This document shows, in pieces, positions 32,901 to 43,865 of a stretch of DNA of 64,000 nt. Every line of letters starts with the position of its first letter. The first letter of the stretch is position 1. Both the position numbers and the translations under genes were made by a program. The notes beneath the pieces were generated by a model. The model was not told where the DNA came from, did not search any database, and saw only the letters and a program-made list of their open reading frames with translations. Origin of the DNA: an uncultured Bacteroidota bacterium (GTDB lineage Bacteria; Bacteroidota; Bacteroidia; Cytophagales; Cyclobacteriaceae); the NCBI GenBank assembly GCA_963813425.1, contig CAWEZB010000017.1, positions 46,750-110,749 of the forward strand, in the 5' to 3' direction.

Positions 32901-33900
32901 AAAATATCATTTTATATGCTTTGCATTTTAATTTGCTGCAGGTCGTTGGCGCAAGATACCTTTACAAATCCATTGCTTTCCTCCGGAGCTGATCCATGGG
33001 TGATTTATAAGGATGGATATTTTTATTATACCAATACCCTTGGAAATAAGATCAGTCTTTGGAAGACCAAAAATCTACATGATCTCAAGGAAGTGTCACC
33101 TGTAACGGTGTGGACACCACCTTCAACAGGACCGAATTCAAAGGCGATCTGGGCACCGGAGTTACATTTCCTGGATGGCAAATGGTATTTGTACTATACC
33201 GCCACCGATGTAAACAATGATGGTGATGATTCGCGCTACGTATTTGTTCTGGAGAATAGTTCATCCGATCCGTTGAGGTGGAAAATGGATCGATAAAGGA
33301 AAAATGAATACGACATCACTCCGGATTGGATGGTTCTGTATTTGAACACCAGGGTAACCGTTATTTTGTTTATTCAGCGTACGTCGGACCCCAAAGCGTG
33401 TTGGTTATAGCGCCGATGAAAAATCCCTGGACATTAGACGGATCAGCAAGATAGAGATCGCCAAACCCGACAAACCCTGGGAAAAATTTGGGGGCAGACA
33501 AATTCTCGAAGGACCGCAGTTCCTGACAAAAAATGAGGGTAAGGTATTCATTATTTATTCCGCCAGCGCATGTTGGGCGGATGAATACGCGCTCGGTATG
33601 CTTACTGCCGATGCAAACGTCTGATTTGTTAAAACCATCGTCGTGGGCAAAATCGGAAGAACCTGTATTTAGACAGTCACCGGAAAATAGTGTATATGCG
33701 CCAGGTCACAATTCCTTTTTTAAATCACCGGATGGAAAAGAATATTGGATTTTGTATCATGCCAATGCAGGTCCGGGCAGGGATGCGATCATCGCAGATC
33801 GCCACGTATGCAACAGTTCCATTGGAAAGGAGATGGCACTCCTGATTTTGGTATTCCTCTGAAAACTGATTCTAGTTCAACGCGTACCTTCGTCACTTAA
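32897..33900 (+). CDS. GH43 glycosidase (arabinofuranosidase-like), frameshifted; end approximate
   Basis: GADPWV, WAPELHF and APGHNSFFKSPDG. Confidence 0.82.
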
Positions 33901-33927
33901 ATACTAACTTAACTAATAAGAGAATTA

Positions 33928-34981
33928 ATGATGAGACGTAATATGATAAAAGCACGATCAGTTTTATTTTTTTTATTGCTAAGCATTCCTGTTTTTAGCC
34001 AATCAACTTTTACAAATCCTTTGCTACCATCAGGTGCCGATCCGTGGAGCATCTACAAGGACGGATATTATTATTACACCAATACGTTGGGAGATCGTAT
34101 TGACATCTGGAAAACAAAAAGTCTTGCAGACCTGAAAACGGCCGAACGCAAAACAATATGGATTCCGCCTGCAGGTACGTCTTATTCAAAAGAAATCTGG
34201 GCGCCGGAAATCCATTTTATTCAGGGAAAATGGTATGTGTACTTTGCAGCTGACGATGGTAAAAATGATAACCACAGGCTTTATGTTCTGGAAAATTCAT
34301 CAGCCAATCCGTTAGAAGGCGAATGGATCTTTAAAGGAAAAATTTCAGACGCTTCTGACAAATGGGCTATCGATGGTTCTGTTTTTGAGCACAAGCGATC
34401 AACTCTATATGGTATGGTCGGGTTGGGAAGGGGATACCAATGGACGTCAGGATTTATACATTGCAAAGCTGAAGAATCCCTGGACGATTGAAAGCAAACG
34501 TGTTAAGATTTCGCATCCGGAGCACGAATGGGAACGTCATGGTGATTTAAACGATCCGAATAATCCACCGCATGTTGATGTAAATGAAGGGCCGCAAGTA
34601 TTGACGCATGAGCGATAAACTATTTATTATTTATTCGGCGAGCGGTTGCTGGACTGATTTCTATGCGCTGGGTATGCTCACCGCTTCTGCTAACAGCAAT
34701 TTGATGGATGCTGCATCCTGGAAAAAATCTCCTGCAGCCGGTTTTCAAACAATCTTCGGAAAATAAAGTATTTGCTCCTGGCCATAATTCTTTTTTCAAA
34801 TCGCCCGGACGGAAAAGAAGATTGGATTTTATATCACGCTAATAATGAACCCGGTCAGGGTTGCGGCAAACATCGCTCTCCTCGCGCGCAAAAATTTACC
34901 TGGAATGCTGATGGTACTCCTTACTTTGGTGAGCCTGTAAAGGAGGGAGTAGCGTTACAAGTTCCATCCAATAAAAAATGA
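33928..34981 (+). CDS. GH43 glycosidase (arabinofuranosidase-like), frameshifted
   Basis: GADPWS, WAPEIH, WAIDGS, VNEGPQ and RSPRAQKFTWNADGTPYFG. Confidence 0.85.
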
Positions 34982-35030
34982 TGGCATGATGTCTTTCTCG
35001 ATCTTTAAATAAAAACAATTCGAAATAAGT

Positions 35031-36132
35031 ATGAAACACTTTGGTAAACTATTAATCCTATGTGCTGTAAGTACAGCGTTATTATCGTCCTGCCAGAAAA
35101 AGGAGTCCGCTCCGTGAGACAACGGTACCAATATCTGCTACACGGGACGTTTGGACAAAAGAGCAGGCAAACCAATGGTATCAAAAGTTGGCTGGCTTCG
35201 GGGAAGCGATTTTATTCCCAGCACGGCGATCAATCAATTGGAGATGTGGCAAGCCGAAACATTCGATACTGCAACCATCAATCGTGAATTGGGTTGGGCA
35301 GAATCCATTGGCTTTAATTCCATGCGTGTATACCTTCATCACCTCGCCTGGGAAATCGATTCAACTGGATTTAAATACAGGGTAGAACAATACTTGGCCA
35401 TTGCGGATAAACATAAAATATCAACACTTGTTTGTTTTGTTTGACGATTGCTGGAATCCAACTTATCAGGCCGGTAAACAGCCCGATCCCAAGCCGGGTA
35501 TTCACAATTCCGGTTGGATTCGCGACCCCGGCGATAAGATTCACCAGGACACTTCACTATTTCAAACACTTGAAAAATATACCAAGAGTATGCTTTCACA
35601 TTTTTCAAATGACAAACGGATTGTATTGTGGGATCTTTACAATGAGCCAGGTAATTCAGATTACGGGAATAAGTCGATGCCACTTTTGCAAAAGGTATTT
35701 CAGTGGGGACGAGAAGTGAATCCTTCGCAGCCGTTGTCGGTCGGTGTGTGGAATAAAGACCTGGTCGATCTGAACAACTATCAACTGGCCAATTCAGATG
35801 TTACCACCTACCATAACTATATGGAGCCTGAGATTCATAAACAATGGATCGACAGTCTGCGTACCTATGGCCGTCCACTCATTTGTACGGAGTACATGGC
35901 CCGTACGCGAAACAGCCGATTTGACAACATCCTTCCTATGCTAAAAGAAGAAAACATTGGTGCATACAATTGGGGACTGGTGGCTGGCAAAACAAATACT
36001 ATCTATGCATGGGATGCACCTATGCCCGATGGCAAAGAACCAAAAGTATGGTTCCATGATATTTTCCGGAAAGATGGAACACCTTATAAGAAGTCGGAAG
36101 TAGCGTTGATTAAAAAACTTACCGGGAAATAG
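35031..36132 (+). CDS. GH5/clan-A glycoside hydrolase (resembles subfamily GH5_13), frameshifted
   Basis: FIPSTAINQLEMWQ, FNSMRVYLH, WDLYNEP (acid/base) and ICTEYMAR (nucleophile). Confidence 0.78.
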
Positions 36133-36166
36133 CATTATTGTATTTAGCGCGATTATCGCTAAACGT

Positions 36167-36255
36167 GCCGTTGGAGTATTTACAAGGACGGAAATTACTA
36201 TTACACCAATACGCTGGGCAATCGCGTTGGCATATGGAAACAAAAGCCTCACAGG
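36167..36255 (+). pseudogene. Short relic of a GH43 N-terminus
   Basis: Translates as WSIYKDGNYYYTNTLGNRVGIWK, similar to WSIYKDGYYYYTNTLGDRIDIWK at ~34045-34115. Confidence 0.65.
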
Positions 36256-36293
36256 AGGAGATTGTTCACGCCAAGAGGAGCTTCATGACAGCA

Positions 36294-36899
36294 TCAATTC
36301 GTTACATCACCAAATTCATTCAATAATAATTCAGCCGCTTGAGCTAAATTCTTACCGAAACAAACAATCCCTTCGTAATGGCCTGCCATGGCAAATATTT
36401 TATGTTGAGAAAGTTTTTGCTCGTTAAACAATCGCGCTATTTCGTTTGCCATTTCAGGTGTACCATATTCAATATTTTCGGCTGTTGCGGGCAGGGTATT
36501 TAAGAGCTTCTTCCATATCTTAAAATGATGAACATGCATCACCGCATGAACATCGCTTGCATGTTCGTAAATCATTGCGTGCGTTAATGATTCAGATGAA
36601 GCTATAATGGAGCCGGTCGAGCAGATTGCGTTTTTTTTTACATCATAATCAGTTACCAATGCATAATGCTCTTCGGTAAGTTTTTTGAATTTCCCCGTTC
36701 CTGATCCAGAGATAATAAATTGATTTTTTCGAAACCGGATGCTAATATTGCCATACCCGATACCGTCTTCATTCAAACCAATAAGACCTAGGCGATACAA
36801 TTTATCCCGCCAAACATTCAGATCCCTGATCCACGCTTCATCTAATGGTGCAGACTTTGTCCATTGACAATTGAATTTAATGACACCCTCATCGTTCAT
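36294..36899 (-). CDS. Class II aldolase/adducin family protein
   Basis: GYGNIS, ASSESLTH and the metal-binding HVHH; overlaps the mtnA stop. Confidence 0.85.
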   Translation of the reverse strand: MNDEGVIKFNCQWTKSAPLDEAWIRDLNVWRDKLYRLGLIGLNEDGIGYGNISIRFRKNQFIISGSGTGKFKKLTEEHYALVTDYDVKKNAICSTGSIIASSESLTHAMIYEHASDVHAVMHVHHFKIWKKLLNTLPATAENIEYGTPEMANEIARLFNEQKLSQHKIFAMAGHYEGIVCFGKNLAQAAELLLNEFGDVTN

Positions 36900-38008
36900 A
36901 TCTGCTTGACTTTTTCAGCGTACATTTTAGTTATATCTTCTTCGTTCGCGCGGCAAATACCTCGTTCCGTGATCAAGCCGCTGATAAGCCTGGCTGGCGT
37001 AACATCAAATCCATAATTCCCTGCCGGACTGTTTAATGGTGTTATCAAGACTTTTTTAATTTCGTCATCACATAATCCATAAATATATTTGACTTCATCA
37101 GGGTTTCTTTCCTCGATAGAAATGTCTTTCACACCATCATGAATACTCCAATCAAAAGTAGAGGACGGTAGTGCTACGTAAAAAGGAATTCCATTGTCAT
37201 GCGCTGCTAATGCTTTCAGGTACGTGCCGATTTTATTAGCCACATCTCCGGCAAGCGTTACTCTATCGGCACCAGTAATTACCATATCAACCAATGCATG
37301 TTGCATTAAATGCCCACCAGCATTATCTACAATGACGGTATGAGGAATACCTTGATTCATCAACTCCCATGCTGTTAAGCTTGCACCCTGATTGCGAGGA
37401 CGAGTTTCATCCACCCAAACGTGAAGATTAATCCCTCTTTCAAATGCCTCATAAATTGGCGCAGTAGCTGAACCGTAATCAACAAAGGCCAGCCATCCTG
37501 CATTACAATGGGTCAAAATATTGACCACTTTTCCCTTTTTTCTTTTACTGATTTCTTCAATAATCGCCACACCGTGCATGCCTATTCTCCTGCAATATTC
37601 CGCATCTTCCTGAGCAATAAGCACAGCCATTTTTCGCGCGATTTCAATTTTTTCATTGGCTGTTTTTCCCTGCGCAATAACATTTAATTGCTTGTTGACT
37701 GCCCATTCCAAATTGACAGCGGTTGGTCGCGTGGCTTTCAATGCATCAGCGGATGCCAATATGTGATCAAAAGAATTTTTGTGACTGGCTTCTATTGTGG
37801 CTAAGTACATACCGTATCCTGCAGCAGCACCGATAAGGCCAGCACCTCTCACATGCATGTCTTTTATCGCATGCACCATCTCGCTTACCGTATGTAAGTC
37901 TTCTATGATAAAGCGATGTGGTAAATAACGCTGATCAATGATGCTGATCACTTCCTCATCGTCTTCGTTAATCCAGATCGTGCGATAGTTTTTGCCCAGT
38001 ACTTTCAT
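36896..38008 (-). CDS. mtnA: S-methyl-5-thioribose-1-phosphate isomerase
   Basis: VRGAGLIG, RPTAVNL, LTHCNAG, DETRPRNQG and NKIGTY; likely start MKVLGKNYRT at 38008. Confidence 0.93.
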   Translation of the reverse strand: MKVLGKNYRTIWINEDDEEVISIIDQRYLPHRFIIEDLHTVSEMVHAIKDMHVRGAGLIGAAAGYGMYLATIEASHKNSFDHILASADALKATRPTAVNLEWAVNKQLNVIAQGKTANEKIEIARKMAVLIAQEDAEYCRRIGMHGVAIIEEISKRKKGKVVNILTHCNAGWLAFVDYGSATAPIYEAFERGINLHVWVDETRPRNQGASLTAWELMNQGIPHTVIVDNAGGHLMQHALVDMVITGADRVTLAGDVANKIGTYLKALAAHDNGIPFYVALPSSTFDWSIHDGVKDISIEERNPDEVKYIYGLCDDEIKKVLITPLNSPAGNYGFDVTPARLISGLITERGICRANEEDITKMYAEKVKQI

Positions 38009-38219
38009 ATTTGTCGATTGTATGAATTTAAACAAATATACATTGTCAACGGTCAGGGATTGTTTTGTTTTATCCTTGATGAGACACATGGACTGGAGAT
38101 GCCAGTTTGTGTTCAGCGGGGATTTAATTTTTTAAGCCTAACTTGATAGGAATAATCCCATTATGTGGGATTATCATTAGTAGGAAAGGAATAAAAATTC
38201 AATAAAGTCAGAATCGTAG

Positions 38220-38789
38220 GTGAAGCAAAAGCTAAAAAGATCAGGATTAATACCCCGAAGGATTTTGCTATTTTTCTGTTGTATCCAGCTATTAGGCTGC
38301 ACAGAAAAAATTACTACATATTCGCCTGACGAGGGTGAGATTCAATGGGCACTGCTTGACAAAAACTCCACCAAGGGGGTTGCTTTTTTCGTTCGCGCTC
38401 AAAATGACACACTTGCTGCAATAGCATCAGCTGAAGTGGTTACTAAATTCGGAGAGCTTGGTTACTATAAATTCATTGATATTAGCCTTGCGGGATTGGA
38501 GCAGGACACTACGCGTGTTGATGTAATCTTAACAGATAAAGGTCACAATCAAGAATTTCACTTTGTCAAATCAAATTGGGAATCCGCAATGCTTCAATTG
38601 AGGGCTATTGAAAATATGGACGATACGCTTTCCGTAGTATTGACTTGTGAACGTCAATATAAATTGTCATCTCTTCCAGCGAAACTACAATTAAACTACA
38701 AGATCGCTACTCAAGATACACTCGTAACTGGGTCTACGTCATTCAAAGCGGTGGTAACAGAAACTCCGGGAGTCTTACGTTGGCATTGA
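38220..38789 (+). CDS. Hypothetical lipoprotein
   Basis: 189-aa ORF with an LLGC lipobox. Confidence 0.55.
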   Translation: MKQKLKRSGLIPRRILLFFCCIQLLGCTEKITTYSPDEGEIQWALLDKNSTKGVAFFVRAQNDTLAAIASAEVVTKFGELGYYKFIDISLAGLEQDTTRVDVILTDKGHNQEFHFVKSNWESAMLQLRAIENMDDTLSVVLTCERQYKLSSLPAKLQLNYKIATQDTLVTGSTSFKAVVTETPGVLRWH

Positions 38790-38950
38790 TATCCTCGAAC
38801 TACTGTGAAGATGAAGGAAAGTGATTACAAAAGATCCTTGGATTTTCCACGACCGACCTGCAAAATCCATACGGCGATATGTTGCGATTGCTTGTGAAGT
38901 GGTAAATTGAGTACGAGTTGGACGATTTAAATGTAGTCTTAGACAATAAA

Positions 38951-39852
38951 ATGCTTAATCTATCAAGACGCGAATTTCTTAAATCATCTGCTGCGTTTGC
39001 AGGATTAGGTCTCATGTCCAAGTGGAAATGTTGCTGCAAAAAATTCCGGCAGGGTTCAGGTATGCGGTCATCTTTGGGTGTACGCGAGCCGTTATCCACC
39101 AGACTGGGATTGTACGCCAATACTCGAACAGGTGTTCAGTGATTTTAAGTATGCCGGCATCGAAGGGGTTGAAATGATGGATTCGAATTTGCGCCACCAC
39201 TGATATTGTTCTGCGTGTCAAGGAACTGATCGATAAATATAAAGTTCCTGTGACAGGCACGTCCTATAGTGGAAACATGTGGAACAAGGCCGAACATTCC
39301 CGAATATTAGATGACATAACGATCGTATTGGAGCGCCTCCATGAAATTGGCGGCAATACGCTTGGCATTACCGTGGGTAATGCCAATAGGATAAAGACAA
39401 CAGAAGAACTGGATGCACAAGCCGAACTGCTCAAGCAAATCATGAAGGTCTGTGAAAAGTATAACGTTCAGCCTAATATTCATAATCATACCTTTGAAGT
39501 TGAAAATAACATGCACGATCTCAAAGGTATTATGGAAAGGGTACCAGAGATAAAGCTGGGCCCTGATCTGAACTGGCTTGTGCGTGGCGGTGTAGATCCT
39601 GTATGGTTTATTAAAACATATGGACAACGGATGGTATACATGCACATTCGTGATCAGAATGCGGACGGCAAATGGACGGAAGCAGTAGGCGAAGGGGTGA
39701 CGGATTTCCCTGCTATCGCCAAGGCATTACACGACATCAATTACAGTGGTCGTGCTGCCATCGAACTCGCCTTTAATGGTCCTCCGGTGAAGGAAGTGAA
39801 GGAGAGCTGGAAGACAAGCAGGGAATATGTGAAAAAAGTTTTTGGATGGTAA
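38951..39852 (+). CDS. Sugar phosphate isomerase/epimerase TIM barrel, Tat signal, frameshifted
   Basis: SRREFLK leader; HNHTFE, GPDLNW, YMHIRD and AIELAF. Confidence 0.82.
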
Positions 39853-39853
39853 T

Positions 39854-41568
39854 ATGAAGACAACAGCAGGATTCGACAAATCTGAATATCAGAAGTAAAG
39901 ACCAGCAGACCTACGACGCGATCGTTATCGGATCAGGAATTTCCGGGGGCTGGGCTGCAAAGGAATTATGCGAAAAAGGGTTGAAAACATTGGTGCTGGA
40001 ACGCGGCCGGAATGTCGAACACATCAAAGACTATCCGACAGCAGATAAACATCCCTGGGAATTGCCGCATCGGGGAAGGCTCACAGCGACAAACTCGTGC
40101 GGAGAATCCAATCGTCAGCAAATGTTACGCATTTAATGAATCGACTGAACATTTTTTTGTCAAGGATAACGAACATCCATACACACAGGTAAAGCCGTTT
40201 GACTGGATCAGGGGATACCAGGTTGGCGGAAAGTCATTGCTGTGGGCACGCTGGACGCAACGGTGGAGTGACCTTGATTACGAAGCGAATGCGAAAGAGG
40301 GAATTGGTATCGATTGGCCTATACGTTACAAAGATATTTCACCCTGGTATTCGTACGTGGAAAAGTTTGTGGGCATCAGCGGCAACAGGGATGGCATACC
40401 GCATCTGCCTGATGGAGAATTTCTTCCACCCATGGAAATGAATTGCATCGAAAATCATTTCAAGGAAAAGCTTAACGAAAATTACAAAGACCGGAAGTTG
40501 ATCATTTCACGGACAGCGAATTTGTCGACGCCTATGCCTGGCCGAGGGTCGTGCCAATATCGCAATCTATGCGCAAGGGGTTGTCCATATGGCGGCTACT
40601 TCAGCAGCAACTCAGCAACGCTTCCTGCTGCAAAAGCAACGGGTAACCTTACCTTGCGACCCTTCTCGGTTGTTCACTCCATTATTTATGACGAACAGCA
40701 ACGGAAAGCGAAAGGTGTTCGAGTCATCGATGCGGAGACCAAAGAGGAAATGGAGTTCTATGCGAAGATTATTTTTGTGAATGCCGGTGCGTTGAACTCG
40801 CTGTTGCTTTTGCTGAATTCGACGTCCTCTCGATTTCCGAATGGATTTGGTAACGACAGCGGTTTACTGGGACATTACATGATGTTTCATAACTATCGCG
40901 GACAAATAGGCGCGTCGTATGATGGCTACCACGATCAATACTATTTTGGAAGGCGGCCAGCGGGCGTGTATATGCCCCGTTTCAGAAACGTAGGAAGTGA
41001 CAAACAACAGGCATTTCTGCGCGGATACGCCTTTGCGGCCGGCGGATCGCGCGGCTCTGGTAATCCCGGCGACGTGATTGGTGCATCGCTAAAGGAGGCT
41101 ATGGCAAAACCAGGTGAGTGGAACTTTTGGATGACAGGAATGGGAGAGTGCCTGCCTCATCCCGATAACAAAGTTACACTGGACAAAAGCAAAATGGATG
41201 CATGGGGCATCCCGCAGCTCGCTGTTGATTGTGCGTATAGGGAAAATGAACTTGCCATGCTGAAAGATATTTTAAACAGTGGCGCAGAGATGCTGGAAAA
41301 AGGCGGCTTCAAAAATATTTACACCAACGACACGAAGCAGGCACCCGGGCTTGATATTCATGAGATGGGTGGAGCACGGATGGGTAAGGATCCGAAAACG
41401 TCGATACTCAACGGACATAATCAGGTGTGGAGTGCAAAGAATGTTTTTGTTACCGATGGAGCATGTATGACTTCCAGTGCCTGTCAAAACCCATCGCTTA
41501 CGTATATGGCTTTGACTGCGCGTGCGGCGGACTTTGCCGTGCAGGAATTAAACAAACAAAATATTTAG
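39854..41568 (+). CDS. GMC family FAD oxidoreductase (glycoside/gluconate dehydrogenase-like), frameshifted near the N-terminus
   Basis: DAIVIGSGISGGWAAKEL upstream of the track ORF; Cys cluster CQYRNLCARGC; HEMGGARMG and QNPSLTYMALTARA. Confidence 0.9.
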
Positions 41569-41812
41569 CAATTGTTTATGTTGACCAACGCACGGAAGGA
41601 TCAACATATCGAAGAGTGAACTTCACATCAAGAGGCGTAAGAAAGGTAACTTTCTAAAATTTTATTATGTGTGCGATGTGCTGGTGCGCAAGGCCGCAAA
41701 CATTTGCCAGTCAATCATCACGATAACCGTGCAGAACAAAACTGCAAATGAAATTTGACTTCAGGCTGCTTATATTTTTCCATATTTATATATTCGTAAG
41801 ATATAGCTTTCG

Positions 41813-42533
41813 ATGTTTAGATTTTACTTCTTATTGCTAGCGGTGTGTATGTGTGACACAGTGTACTCTCAACTAACGTATCGAGTCATGGCCATCCGTG
41901 AACAAATCACGATCGATGGAAAATGGGACAAGCCCGTCTGGGAAAAAGTCAAGGCGGTAAAGATCGAGAACAGGATGGGAGAGGAGCCTCGATTCCGTCC
42001 CGTAACGGAGGCGAAGATGCTCTATGACGCGAATAACGTTTACGTCATTTTCCGCGTGCACGACAAGTTTGTCAAAAGCACCGTGACAACGTATAATGGA
42101 CACGTATCCGGCGACTCATGCGTTGAATTTTTCTTTTCACCCAACAGTGACGGAGCCGGGACACTACTTCAATCTCGAAGTTAACGCCGGAGGAACGCCG
42201 CTGATTTTTTTCGTCACTAAACCCCGGAAAGAATTCACCAGGCTGTCTGATGCGCTGATCGATGAGATCGAAATCGCACACTCGCTTCCTGCAGTCGTTA
42301 ATCCCGAAATTACCGACGAGGTTACGTGGACTATAGAATGTCGCATTCCCCTCGGGATCCTCAAGCAGTTTACCAACGTCACGATGCCTAAGCCTGGCGT
42401 TACATGGCGAGCCAACTTCTACAAGACCGGGAGCGACACCAGCAACCCACACTATTACACGTGGTCGCCAGTATCGTACCCGGAACCGAATTTTCATTTA
42501 CCGGCATACTTTGGGACACTTACTTTTGAATGA
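41813..42533 (+). CDS. CBM9-like carbohydrate-binding protein, frameshifted
   Basis: IDGKWDKPVW, DSCVEFF, YFNLEVNAGG, WRANFYK and PNFHLPAYFG. Confidence 0.8.
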
Positions 42534-42604
42534 TTTAATGCGCTAAATACGATTACGCTCAGTTATGTTATCGGTATCCATGATCGAAACAACCTATCAC
42601 ACAT

Positions 42605-43816
42605 ATGAAAAGAAGGGATTTAGTTAAAGGCTTTACCTTGCTGCCACTTGTTGGAGGTTCAACGGTATCGCTGGGCGCTCCGGTAGCAACCTTGCCAGCA
42701 GAACGGGATTTCTTTAAAGAGCTAGGAATTCGGGTATTTATAAACGCAGCGGGTACTTACACATTTATGACCGCCTCGCTGATGCCACCTGAAGTTGTCG
42801 AAGCCATCCGCGTAAGCGCGAAGCAGTTTGCAATCCTCGATGACGTGCAGGATAAGGTGGGCGAGCAGATCGCAAAGATCTGCAAATCAGAAGCGGCTAT
42901 GGTTACCGCCGGATGCTGGTCAGCGATTGTTATCGGCATGGCAGGTATTCTTACGGGAATGGATGACAAGAAAGTGGCCATGCTCCCCTTCCTCGAAGGA
43001 TCAGGCATGAAGTCAGAAGTGATCGTCCAAAAGTCACACGCAAACGGATATCACATGGCTTTGACAAACACGGGCGTGAAGGTCATAATCGTGGAAACGA
43101 CGGAGGAACTGCGCAAAGCTGTAAATGAAAAAACAGCGTGCCTCTGGTTTCTTAATCGCGAAGCGCCTGTTGGATCCATCAAGCATGAAGAGTGGTTAAG
43201 CCTGGGGAAGGAGTTCGGAATTCCCACGATGATAGATATTGCCGCGGATGTGCCACCGGTTGAAAATTTGTGGCGATTTAATGAAATGGGATTTGACCTC
43301 GTGTGCATATCCGGCGGAAAGGCGCTGCTTGGACCGCAGAGTGCAGGCATCTTGATGGGTAAAAAAAATCTTGTCGCAGCAGCCCGTTTAAACGCTCCAC
43401 CTCGTTCGGGCATCGCGAGAGGGCAGAAGGTGAACAAGGAAGAGATCATTGGCATGTATGCAGCCCTTGACCGATATGTCAAGCTGGATCACGCGAAAGA
43501 ATGGAAGGAGTGGGAACAAAAGATCGCCGTCATCGACACTGCTGTAAAGAAGGTGAAGGGCGTAAAGACAGAAATGATTGTGCCTCCGGTTGCCAACCAC
43601 ACGCCATCGCTGAAGATCACATGGGATCCCAATGTCGCCAAGATCACCAGTGAAGAGTTGGGCAAACGTCTGCGCACCGGATCACCGTCTATAGAAGTTG
43701 TCTCCTGGGAAGAAAAGGACAGCATTAAGGTGACTGTGTTTATGTTGAAAGCAGGAGAGGATAAAATTGTCGCGCAAAGGCTGAAAGAAGAGCTCGAAAA
43801 AGCGAGTAAAGCTTAA
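42605..43816 (+). CDS. SelA-like PLP-dependent enzyme (DgaE/EF0838-like), Tat-like leader
   Basis: INAAGTYT, DIAAD, SGGK (PLP lysine), GPQSAG and RGQKVNKEEI; leader MKRRDLVKG. Confidence 0.85.
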   Translation: MKRRDLVKGFTLLPLVGGSTVSLGAPVATLPAERDFFKELGIRVFINAAGTYTFMTASLMPPEVVEAIRVSAKQFAILDDVQDKVGEQIAKICKSEAAMVTAGCWSAIVIGMAGILTGMDDKKVAMLPFLEGSGMKSEVIVQKSHANGYHMALTNTGVKVIIVETTEELRKAVNEKTACLWFLNREAPVGSIKHEEWLSLGKEFGIPTMIDIAADVPPVENLWRFNEMGFDLVCISGGKALLGPQSAGILMGKKNLVAAARLNAPPRSGIARGQKVNKEEIIGMYAALDRYVKLDHAKEWKEWEQKIAVIDTAVKKVKGVKTEMIVPPVANHTPSLKITWDPNVAKITSEELGKRLRTGSPSIEVVSWEEKDSIKVTVFMLKAGEDKIVAQRLKEELEKASKA

Positions 43817-43865
43817 CGTGTGTTCGAGCGTCACATTATATCTATAACACTTCCATAACCTGTAT

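Noticed and set aside
38790-38910. Possible C-terminal relic of a CYTH-domain gene (LQKILGFSTTDLQ...YGDML)
   Set aside because: The resemblance is short and interrupted, and cannot be supported without a search.
42605-43816. True selenocysteine synthase (selA) system
   Set aside because: No selB, selD or tRNA-Sec in the window. Export-like leaders and the amidohydrolase context fit the DgaE/EF0838-like branch.
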